From: Catajapyx aquilonaris
Taxonomy: Eukaryota
Direction of reading: 5' to 3'
Length of the DNA stretch: 20,000 nucleotides
Assembly: GCA_000934665.2 (NCBI GenBank)
Contig: KZ538352.1
Location: forward strand, 60,662-80,661
The notes below the pieces were generated by a model. The model was not told the origin of the DNA. It ran no database searches and was given only the letters and a program-made list of their open reading frames with translations. A program made the position numbers and the translations under genes. Each line of letters begins with the position of its first letter. Positions within the stretch are counted from its first letter, which is position 1. This document shows, one piece after another, positions 10,538 through 20,000 of the stretch.

Positions 10538-10720
10538 CAATGGTTTAAAAAAATCATCTAGATTCTAAGAGTATTTATTGTGAAAACTAGTGAACCCGTT
10601 GCCAAAATTTGGCAAAATCTACAATCAACCAACTTTAATGAGATGGCCCGCCGAACATTCGCGCATAGATGACCTATGCACACTCCTGCCACACTCAGGT
10701 CGTGTGAGAGATAGCAATAC

Positions 10721-10844
10721 CCTCCTGAGACCCGGAGTACAGTATACTGTACCTTTGTTTTTGTTTTTGTTTACGCGTTTGAGTTAGTCAGAAGGTGCTG
10801 GAAAAAACAAAGGTACAGTATACTGTACCAGGGGTCTCAGGAGG
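10721..10844. mobile_element. Short hairpin MITE-like element
   Basis: Inverted arms of about 42 bp (10721-10762 / 10803-10844) starting CCTCCTGAGACCC; each arm contains the palindrome GTACAGTATACTGTAC. Confidence 0.7.
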
Positions 10845-12160
10845 ATACTATCAGGTCGGACAAACATCAGACGGAGAGAATAAGCCACTTAGAAAAATTA
10901 TTTTTTTTGGGGTGTCCTATTGACGTTTTCGTCTTTTCAAATTTTTTCTTGCTGTTGGAATGTTATTCAATCGCATGTTTCTCACGTGTCTGTGAAATCG
11001 TAAAAGTTTATTAGATGATGACTTAGCACCTCGGTTCAACACATTGCTTTACAACTTCCAGCAGCATGCGACAGTGCATGGTAATCAAACACTAGTTATT
11101 CAAACACTAAGGACCTCGATGATTTGTTTGCTCTGTCGCCTCGTTTTCTTTTAAATTGAGGTCTCAAGGACATTTTGGGCGTCCACTTCACATGCAACTG
11201 CCAAAATCGTCAATTACTTCACGAATCGTTATTCACTTTAAAAAAAAAAAATGGACGTGAAAAGAAGCCACAAGACCAGTCATACCGGTTGTGCCCCCGA
11301 GATAATAATCATATCAAGAAAAATTGTCCCATGTTTACTTTTCACTTCCCCCCAAAAATGTGATTACTGCAAAAAAAAATGTGATTATTGAATAAAAATG
11401 AGTGACAGTAACCTGTTGCGAAATTTTTTTTAAAGGGGGGATAAAAATTATTAAATGAAGCAATCAGTGAGCATGCAAGGCGGTGAGAGAAGCGATCAAC
11501 ACGCATGGGCAGTTTGTTCTGCTCGAGAAAATTGTTCAGCGCCGCCGTTCCAAGTCGTGTTTGGCACAACAAGAATAAGTATGCAAGAGAGAAGTGTCAG
11601 ATGATGGTTAACGAGGAGGATGAATAATTGCCATGCTTTTTTTTGGCTCAGTGGTTGTTACCTGGAACAAAACGTGTGAAGCTGCGGAGTCAACGCTCCG
11701 TACAAATATTTCATCAGCGATTAATAAGCGACGAGGGTATCTAAAAAGCTTGCTGAAAAGTGACATTCCATATTAAAACATACCACACCTTAGTCATACA
11801 AATATTTCATTAAAATAACGAATAAGCAATGAGCACTTGCTGAAAAGCGAAGTCCGCATTAAAACATTATGATACGAACAAGAAATAAAATCCTTACTCA
11901 TACCACAAAAATACACAAGGCCACCTGAACAAAATAGCTTAAGATTTATCGATATGTTTGCCCCAAAGATTGTTTACAGTCGCTTTAACTATTAATAAGA
12001 AACGCGGGCTGAATATTTCCAACTTGGAACAGTTTTTATTTCAATTATATACACTGACATAGACAAGATTCATTAATCGGAACAGCCAAGATGACTTCGG
12101 AAACTTTTCTCACGAAAAACAAAGAGATGTCCAAAAAAAAAATTATATTAGTTACTTAAC

Positions 12161-12220
<60 letters not shown>
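12161..12220. repeat. (AAT)20 microsatellite
   Basis: Perfect 60-bp AAT run. Confidence 0.98.
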
Positions 12221-12221
<1 letters not shown>

Positions 12222-13396
12222 GACACGTTTCCTAAGCACAACTCAACAGGTCCAGTTGATAAGATATGTCTGTAACAGTCATTCTTAGGTACTAGTAGAT
12301 TATTATACAGGCTATTTAGAAACTTCCTCCAAGTGTATAACAGTCGACTAAATCTCACACTCAACATGCTCACACTTCTTCCCAGGCAGTGATTATTATA
12401 GGTTTTTTTTATTTTTTATTTTGAAAACAGTATTTTGGAAATAATTACGATTGTCCTCGACGAGAGAGGGGGGTATAGTGAAGGTGGGGGGTGAAAAAAT
12501 TGATCTCACCGTATCTAAGCGTTAACCTGATGTACAAGGTAAGTCAAAAGCTCTCGGCCAGCCTAGTTTCGGTAATATTGCAACTGGAAGCTGGTAAGGT
12601 GCTATTTCCCCTAAAAGAATGGGTCGAAACGTCGTTATTGGCTACTTCATGTAGCAAAATATTTGTTGATGGTCGGCATAAAACTATTGACTTGCCCTGT
12701 ACAACGATCAAGTTTGGGTACGTAATGTTACGTCTCGTATTTTTCCTTATTAATACAAAGTAATGCATGCAAAAAAAAACTGCAACTCCACACAGCTTGG
12801 GTAGTCAAACACACTTTAAAAAAAAAGCATAATTAACAATGCAAAGGTTTGCAACCGCACGAATTAAAATAATCTGGAACCATACCTGCCGTAGAAACAT
12901 GCATAATATTTATGTACAATGTTACGTGACTTCCGTGATTTAACCTTTCCCTGAATTTACGCTCCGTTCCATTCACACCTCATTGAAACTTCTCAGCTGC
13001 CATATTGTCTTTTCAATTTTCTCTCTCTCTCTCTCTCAACTATCATTTACCTACGCTCAAGTTAACAACGTTAACAACGCCAGTCTTAGATCGGTTTTTT
13101 AAAGCACACAAGTTCATCACATCACACTCATACACTCTTCATTTTTCTTTTTTTGAGATGTCCATAATTATTATAAGACAGGAAATGGAGGGGGAGGGGA
13201 CAGCGTAAAGCACTTTTCAGCTATTGTCATCTTCACTCCCAACAATGTTACCAAATAACAAAAGGGTGGGCGGTATGGAGAGAAAGCAGGAAAAGAATAT
13301 ACAAGATAGGAGGTAGGAAAATGAAAATATCAGTTGCTTTTCTCCAACCCTGCCACACCCGGACTCATCCCAAATGTCTTTTTTCTTTTTCAGAGA

Positions 13397-13553
13397 CTAC
13401 TGCATCATGTGCTCCAGCTGCCTTTCTAGTAGCATACGCTCTTCAAGTGTGGCGGCCAAATCCGCATTCAGCTCCTGGTTCAGCTGCAACAAGGTGTTGT
13501 TATGTTGGCGAAGATGCCGAATAGAGGCAATCACATTCGGGCGGTCCTTCGGC
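13397..13553 (-). CDS. REPS1: REPS-like, last coding exon (C-terminal coiled coil, RalBP1-binding region)
   Basis: Acceptor CTTACAG|G; PKDRPNVIASIRHLRQHNNTLLQLNQELNADLAATLEERMLLERQLEHMMQ-TAG resembles the REPS C-terminal coiled coil. Confidence 0.9.
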
Positions 13554-13680
13554 CTGTAAGAAACGACTGGTTAGACGAGCCCTCGTGCAAATTGCAATGA
13601 ATCACACTCCAGTTTTGACCATGTTCGCATTAAAAACAAATTAGCATTGCTCTCTTTAGGACAATAATTGCAGTGAGTAC

Positions 13681-14242
13681 CTGATGACGCCAGCATCCAC
13701 AGAATCCACAGAATCTTCACTAGCCTGCGGCACAGGCTTCCGATACACCTCGAACGCCCCGTGCCTCCTCATGCCGACACTTCCTCCTCCGACTTCCCCG
13801 TCCTTAAGCTGGCTAAAGTCGGCGAACATGGTCTCAGGAGGCAGTGACATTATTTCGCCTCCATCAGCCCTGTGGCTTCCAAGGGACATCTTCTTAGGCG
13901 AGGTTGCACTCGGTGAAATCCTTGGAGGTACTGCAGGCGGTGCTCCCAACAGTGAGGCTGTCCTTCCCAGCCGGTTGAGGTCCAGGGATGAGCTACGTCC
14001 GTGAGTTCGATATGGTCTTGGAGGCGGCGGAGGTGGAGGCTCTCCTTTGCGAGGTGGGTGGGAGGACATGACAGACATGGGAAGGCTAGTGGGACCCGAG
14101 GAGGTGGTGGAAGTTGTAAGGCCGCCGCCAGACGAGGAAGAGGTGGAGGAAAGTGAGTCCTCTCCGCTGTGCTGCTGTTGCTGGGATAAAGACGACGAGA
14201 GACTCGGAGGTGGCGGCGGAGGTATGGCACCAGGGCCAGGAG
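13681..14242 (-). CDS. REPS1: REPS-like, coding exon 8 (Pro-rich)
   Basis: A 61-nt intron ends TTCCATTGCGACAG|CT, giving PAAPGPGAIPPPPP. Contains PPPPPPPRPYRTHGRSSSLDLN and PPAVPPR. Donor AG|GTACTC, phase 2. Confidence 0.82.
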
Positions 14243-14303
14243 CTGTCGCAATGGAAGAAATGTCAACATCCTCTACCTGAAATATTCAATGCTAGTTGCT
14301 CAC

Positions 14304-14547
14304 CAGCAGGTTTCTTAGGCTGTGGCCTTTGAATAGGTCGTATCTCCCCTTCAAGAACCTTCTTCGGACTCCCTTGCTGCTGTTGCTCCTGTTCGTATGC
14401 GATGGGGTCGCTCACTTTCCTCACCGCTCTCGACGGCGGGACTGCGGGATGCCCCGAATCCTCCTCCATTCCTGCAGGGATGCCTGTCTGGATGCTCTGA
14501 GACTCTGGGGTCAGGCGGACCGGAACCGGATGCAAGATTTTGGGATC
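14304..14547 (-). CDS. REPS1: REPS-like, coding exon 7
   Basis: Acceptor AAACAG|GAT; DPKILHPVPVRLTPE...IRPIQRPQPKKPA; donor G|GTGAGC, phase 1. Confidence 0.82.
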
Positions 14548-15613
14548 CTGTTTTCCGTAACATTAAGCAAGTTTTAAAAAACACGACCTGTAAAGCGCAG
14601 GCCCTGAAAAAACCAGGGCTCACGTGTATTCATATGGAATCAACATTCCATAATATCGTAATTGTGTCATTTACATGTGAAGTTCTCTCAAAATATCTGT
14701 TAAAATTTGAATTTTTATATATTTAAATATAAACACTTCAGTTCTCAAAAAAAGCCAAATACACTTTTAATGCACATGAATGTTGAGAATAATTTATATT
14801 TCTTAACAATTCGCACAATTTGAGTGGTTGCCAATAATTGCAATGAAAAAAAAAATCACGAAATTAACATGCGCTTTCTTGCTGCAAATAAATAAATGAA
14901 GCTTACTGTTAACCACGAAGGATAGGTAAACTGAACCATGTTCTGCTCCGCATCCTGTTTGACTCATCAAGTCACCAAAAGTCACACTTATCGGTAATAA
15001 AATAACCAAAGCGATAAATTTCATAGAATGTCACAATTACTGAAAACACCTGAAAACACATCAACAAAATGACCAGTAACCCCCAAAAATGTGGTCCAAA
15101 AAATTCTTCTTTTTGCATCAATCATGTTGCAAATTGCCCCCAAAAAAGCCAGCAGGTCCACGTAAAAGAATGTTTGCCCCTCTCTTAACGAACTAATAAC
15201 CATTTTTTTTGAAAGAGGTGATGAAACAAAAAGCAAATGAACTCAAGGAACAAGAAGGAAAATTGGCAAGCAAACATAGGACTACTCACGATAACACAAT
15301 TCAGGAGTGAAAATTTACGTACAGCAAAAAATGAGGCCATAACTCGTGCGACTTGCATTCATTGGGGATGGGGCACTAAAAAAAACTTAGGGGAGGGAAA
15401 ACCAGGAGAGACATACAACCCAAAAAAGAAAAGAAAGAAAATGTTATTTCCAATAAAAAAAGAGGATTGGGAGGTTAACTATAAGTGGCGTAACTGCAAC
15501 AAAGTGTTAATTTCCATTTTTTTTTGGTACATAAAGAAAATGTGTGTGGGGGCGGGGGAGTAAAAAAAATATATATGCAGAAAGATGGTCCTTGGTAATT
15601 ATCAGACACTCAC

Positions 15614-15706
15614 TTGCTCTAGAACCGACTTCTGAAAGTCAAAGTTCACAGGCTTTGGTCCCGGAGATGAAATGGTGCTTGTGGGTGAGTCGGCAAACTT
15701 TGTCCA
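15614..15706 (-). CDS. REPS1: REPS-like, coding exon 6
   Basis: Acceptor CCATTATAG|; WTKFADSPTSTISSPGPKPVNFDFQKSVLEQ|GTGAGT; 93 nt, phase 0-0. Not in the ORF track. Confidence 0.85.
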
Positions 15707-16389
15707 CTATAATGGAGGGGGGAAGGAGAAGTTAAGTAAAAAAAAAAAAAAGGCTAAATTGTTATGAGAGAATTCATACATTACACATGTACACACATAC
15801 ACACATGCCTCTTCCTTTTTTAAAAATAAAATAAAATCCATTGCGCTGCAGTGATTTAAAAAACAATTGTTAATTGGCCTGCACCATTTCCTACTTATTT
15901 TTTTTCAAAAACAACTTGTACATACTTGGGGACTCGCATCATGCTCTTCCTAAATGAAGATCTACAAGTCGCACAATGCATGCCTACGTCTAATCAGCAA
16001 GAGTATCTACTCGCAACATTTCCGACAAGACACATGGGTCCTACTTGCAATAAAATGCTGTATGGCAAGACAGTACTCACAACAATACTGGGCATACTCA
16101 GTGCCAACAAGACAAAGGATCTAACTTGCAACAAGGTTGGGCATACATTAAAAGCATCGCAGAGCTAAAGGAACATCCTACCGACGCTTCGACCAGCATA
16201 CAAAATTGCATATAAATCGGCAGAAATAACGGGACATGTATTCCCGTATTTATACCGCGCTTACATGCCGAGCTAATCGCTCGCATGTAAATGCAGCTGC
16301 AATTTTCCATGCTGGCAACCGAACGATACCTGCAGTGTGTTTAAGTGTACTTACCTGATGCCATAATTTGCACTACGTCTGCAACCTAC

Positions 16390-16756
16390 CTCCTTGCTCT
16401 GTAGTGGGGAAGATGTTGAATCGTGTTGCGAGCTGACACCGCCTGGCGACCCGTCCTCCGAGCGTGTTCCGCACTGGTCAATCAAAGCTTGTGGTGGAGG
16501 CGGAGGCGGCGGCGGGAGATTGGGTTGGGAAGAAGCAGAATGAGTGGAGGAGGAAGAGGAGGAAGCGGCAGGCGGTTGGGAAGAAGCAGCAGCAGGAGGT
16601 AGGGAAGGGGCAGATTGCATAAGCGAGTGCGGGGCCAGGCAAGGCGGAAGTGTATCCGGGAGGTCAATGTTGTGCCTTCGAAGGACCACCAGGTGCATGG
16701 CTGCATAAAACTCTTCTAATGACAGCGCACCATCCTTCGTCACATCTGCCAGTTGC
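16390..16756 (-). CDS. REPS1: REPS-like, coding exon 5 (EH2 C-part, Pro/Ser-rich)
   Basis: Acceptor CCACAG|G; QLADVTKDGALSLEEFYAAMHLVVLRRHNIDLPDTLPPCL is an EH-domain signature. Donor GAG|GTAGGT, phase 0. Confidence 0.92.
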
Positions 16757-16814
16757 CTGTGGTTAATAATAATTTAGCACAAATTTCATGGATCAAATCG
16801 GTTCTGGAACATAC

Positions 16815-17371
16815 CATATTTTCCGAAGTTCCTGAACAGGCAGCTTGCTTTTCTCAAAGAAATGCTTAGCGACTGGTCCACTTATGACTCCACGAAGGTC
16901 CTGCTGCAGGGCCAGGAAGCGGGAAGTGTAAAAGTCCTGCTGCTCCTGCGTAATGCTCCATACGTCGTAGTCCTCCTCGTCTTCCTCTTCCCCATCAGCA
17001 GCCTTTTCCTCGCCTTCCTCCGCACCCGCATTATCCTCATCGTCCCTCTCCCCCCCGTTATCTCCACTGCTGTGCCTGTCCGAGCTCTCCTCTTCCGTGC
17101 CCAGAAGCTGCCTGTGTTCTTCGCCCATCAGGCCTTGCCAGTGTGACGACGACGAGGCCCAGGTCTTCTCCTGAGCAGTGCTGTTGGTAGGCGTAGGGGA
17201 ATCGCTAGCAGTACTGGATATAGACGGGGAGCCCAAACCACCTCCAGCGACACACTCCCCTCCATCTGGAACACCTCCAGCAGCCCCACCCGTCGATGCC
17301 CCGGTGACACTTGACTCGGCAGTGAAGCTCTTGGAGAAAGCTGAGTTGACCTCCACGTCACTGGACACCTC
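16815..17371 (-). CDS. REPS1: REPS-like, coding exon 4 (Ser/acidic linker and EH2 N-part)
   Basis: Acceptor TTCGCAG|GAG. Contains SDSPTPTNS, EEHRQLLGTEEESSDRHSS and WSITQEQQDFYTSRF...ISGPVAKHFFEKSKLPVQELRKIW. Donor TG|GTATGT. Confidence 0.92.
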
Positions 17372-17447
17372 CTGCGAATAATTGCAGAAAATTGAGACAA
17401 ACTCGCAGCAAGAGACGCCCTGAATTATTTGCAATGCCGGCAAGTAC

Positions 17448-17551
17448 CTGCGGTGGGGTCGACAATCCATCTGTATCACTGAGTTGTATCAAATCTGGGC
17501 TGGAGACAGGAGGACCCTCCAATTTGCGATACTGTGGTGGCCACATTTTGC
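17448..17551 (-). CDS. REPS1: REPS-like, coding exon 3
   Basis: Acceptor TTTCAG|GC; KMWPPQYRKLEGPPVSSPDLIQLSDTDGLSTPPQ|GTACTT; phases (1 in, 0 out) fit the neighbours. Confidence 0.75.
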
Positions 17552-17642
17552 CTGAAACCAAATGAACCATGACTAATTCGGTACAAACAACTGTTGATAA
17601 GACTTGTGCTCCAACATCCTGATGATAGTAGACTCTCCTCAC

Positions 17643-17817
17643 CTTCTCCTGTTTCAGGTGGATGCGTAAACCTGGGTAGTGGAAGTTCCATCCCTGAGTT
17701 GACCACCTCAAGCTGCAAAGGAAGCCCAACTTGGACTGCAGCTATCAGCTTAAGCGCCGTGTAGAATTGCTTTGGACTCAGAAACAGTGCCTGGTTGGCA
17801 TCGCACTGGTCAAGAAT
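17643..17817 (-). CDS. REPS1: REPS-like, coding exon 2 (EH1 C-part)
   Basis: ILDQCDANQALFLSPKQFYTALKLIAAVQVGLPLQLEVVNSGMELPLPRFTHPPETGE; QFY.ALKL.A..Q.G...LPLPRF is typical of REPS. Acceptor CATCAAG|, donor G|GTGAGG. Confidence 0.87.
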
Positions 17818-18070
17818 CTTGATGGAAACGGAGCCAGTTAATGATTACGACCTCATAAAAACAGCATCGCATTACACATACTCTCAAATTTAAAATGTCA
17901 ACGACTGCACCTTCATATTACATTTCAGTAATATGAGCTCTTCTAGCGCAATTTTCACTAGTTACACTGCCACAAAATTAACAGGGTACAAGAAAGCAGG
18001 CGTCAAAATAAACTTAATTATTTCATCAATAACGACATGCAAAATAATTGAAGCATAAACATAATCAGAC

Positions 18071-18226
18071 CTGGTTAAGAGCATCGGGAGACAATTTAGC
18101 TGTGCGGAAGAGCTCAAGTGCACGGTACAAGGAGGCCTTTCCGGTGTTGTCGGCATCACAAACAGCAAAGAGTTCGGCATAATACTGCCGCTCGTCCTCC
18201 GCAAAGGTCAAGTGCACATTCTCCAT
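18071..18226 (-). CDS. REPS1: REPS1/2-like RalBP1-associated Eps15-homology domain protein, coding exon 1 (EH1 N-part)
   Basis: ATG at 18226; MENVHLTFAEDERQYYAELFAVCDADNTGKASLYRALELFRTAKLSPDALNQ|GTCTGA resembles the REPS1 N-terminus. Below the ORF-track length cutoff. Confidence 0.88.
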
Positions 18227-18695
18227 TGTTTTTTGCTCTCAACTCAAACACATTTGCAGTACATCAGATATCTGTATGGCAAGACAATCAATCCAACACA
18301 AAAATGAGAACAAGAACGAAAAAAGTCTACTGAAAACGCAACAGAAAAATAATTAAAATAAGGGGGCGACTACTCTACGACTACAAATTAAACACATCTG
18401 CATTGCCATTCGCTAATTAGTAAGCCGAGAAAATGAGAACAACGGCCTATTAGAAAGCTTAATCAAGTGCAACTGCCGCTTGATCGCTGATTTCCCCATC
18501 TTGAAAAACGCACCAAAATCGACCATAAGGAAAAACATCTCGATTACAAGTTAAAATTAACATAAAAAGGCAGTTACATGCTTGAACAAAGGCTGTTAAA
18601 CATGCAAAATTCCGCAACCACTTATAAAAATAACGAGTTATTGCACAAAACGTATGAATGCATCTGGCAAGACGAAACCTACCATTTCTGATCTA

Positions 18696-19040
18696 CAGGG
18701 TGTCCCCAAATCCTTTCTATACTATGCATAATGCTGATACTACACATATTCTAAAACTGTACAGGGTGACCCAAAAGTCTGGACACATCCTGACAACCGA
18801 CATTAGTGCGGAAAACCAAACGTCATCGTTTCTTACATTGTTGTTATGTGTCATGTACAGGATGACCCAACGGTCGGGACACACGAAGTGCAGAAAACTA
18901 AACAACGATCTGACGTCATCAAGGTGTCCATGGAAATATCCGCCAAGAACAATATGAGTAAAGAGTGGCCGACAAAAAGCAACGATGTAACGTCAGATCG
19001 TCGTTTAGTTTTCCGCACTTCATGTGTTTGGGTCACCCTG
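18696..19040. mobile_element. Tc1/mariner-type MITE cluster upstream of the REPS ATG (probable 5'UTR intron)
   Basis: TA|CAGGGTG-type left ends at 18696, 18762 and 18858 (CAGGATGACCCAA), and a right end TTTGGGTCACCCTG at 19040. Inner inverted arms at about 18881-18920 / 18985-19027. Confidence 0.7.
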
Positions 19041-19519
19041 TGTATTACACATTCTAATGTACGTACATTCTACATGACACATTGAATTACAAGATTCAGC
19101 TGACATATGTAACAAGTGCATTGCTCACAAACTGAAGTGGCCGTCGTGTGACTATTAACACTGAGACTGGGAGGTCAGATTATTTAATGAAATTGACAAG
19201 TGCGCGTTCCATGTCAAACCCCACAATGCGGCCAAATCATCCCCACAAAAAAAGATGTCCTGACCAATGCCCATTCCTTAGCCCAAAACAACCCACGCAT
19301 GACGACAAAGGAAATCACATAATCTTGCAGTAAATCCCACGCCATTCAGCACACAAAAGGGCGTCGCTTTATACACGGAAAAAAAAAAAATGGAATGGAG
19401 GCGGATTATTCACTTGAAGCCTTTAACGTTTACTAGATAAGGTTACGAACCCGGGGTACTTATTCTAACGGGTTGTCACTAGATCCATCATGCGCAACCT
19501 CCACGGGTTTGGAACAGGG

Positions 19520-19800
19520 TAAGGACTTACACCGAGTTGTTTTAATTGGATTTGAATGAGTTAAAAAGAGACTAAGAATTCGTTCCTTACCCACGACGGG
19601 CGCCATCTTGGCCCAACTACGTCATTCCCTCCCCTCTCTCTTCCCCCCCGGATGACGGGAGGAGGGGGAAGGCGGGGCTCCAGAGAGAGACATTCTCAAA
19701 GTGGCCGCTGGAGGCGCTGTTTACGACCGAAGCGCCAAAAAAATAATCGGTAATTTTTGACATTATTTAGCGGATCGGATGTGACGTCACCGGCGGCGGG
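19520..19800 (-). promoter_or_regulatory. Probable REPS promoter and non-coding first exon
   Basis: GC/CpG-rich patch with the CRE palindrome GTGACGTCAC (19781-19790), a YY1-like CAAGATGGCG (19601-19610, minus strand) and splice donors GTAAGG (19590) and GTAAGT (19530). Confidence 0.5.
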
Positions 19801-20000
19801 AATATCGTTCGAAATATATGGTTCAATATTTTTGTTCATTAAAAAAAGAAGTAATTACAGTAGTAATATGCAATTACGATAATTAATACAACTTGTAGCT
19901 ACGGTAATTGACAGCATGCAGTTAAAGTAATTAAGACAGCATGTACGAATAGATACGGTACTAATCGTACAGCATTTAAATACGGTCATTACAGTATGTA

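Noticed and set aside
12152..12373. Poly-Ile ORF
   Set aside because: Translation of the (AAT)20 microsatellite.
13330..13399. Readthrough of the REPS stop codon
   Set aside because: TAG-T context is not the leaky type, and the next in-frame stop follows after only about 21 codons.
2892..18226. Functional linkage between Fz4 and the endocytic adaptor REPS
   Set aside because: Adjacency alone is not evidence in a eukaryote; there is no sign of fusion or a shared promoter.

Overview
Eukaryotic animal genomic DNA, probably arthropod given the short introns and gene families. Two intron-containing genes lie in tandem on the minus strand. (1) A Frizzled-4-type Wnt receptor with 3 coding exons: 5673 (or 5580)-4616, 3789-3623 and 3499-2892; 610 aa from ATG 5673, with CRD, 7TM region, KTxxxW motif and C-terminal ETAV. 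(2) A REPS1/2-type RalBP1-associated EH-domain protein with 9 coding exons from 18226 to 13397; 804 aa. I reconstructed both by hand with GT-AG junctions and consistent phases. Intergenic and intronic DNA holds several non-autonomous inverted-repeat (MITE-like) elements, concentrated at about 9.6-10.85 kb, plus mini- and microsatellites. No prokaryotic-type system, CRISPR array, tRNA or rRNA is evident. The best leads are a leaky-type TGA-C stop on Frizzled-4 followed by 87 open in-frame codons (candidate readthrough masking the PDZ motif), a palindromic element upstream of Fz4 carrying TCF-like and Helper-like sites, and a dense cluster of AGGTCA half-sites. All three are hypotheses that need testing.
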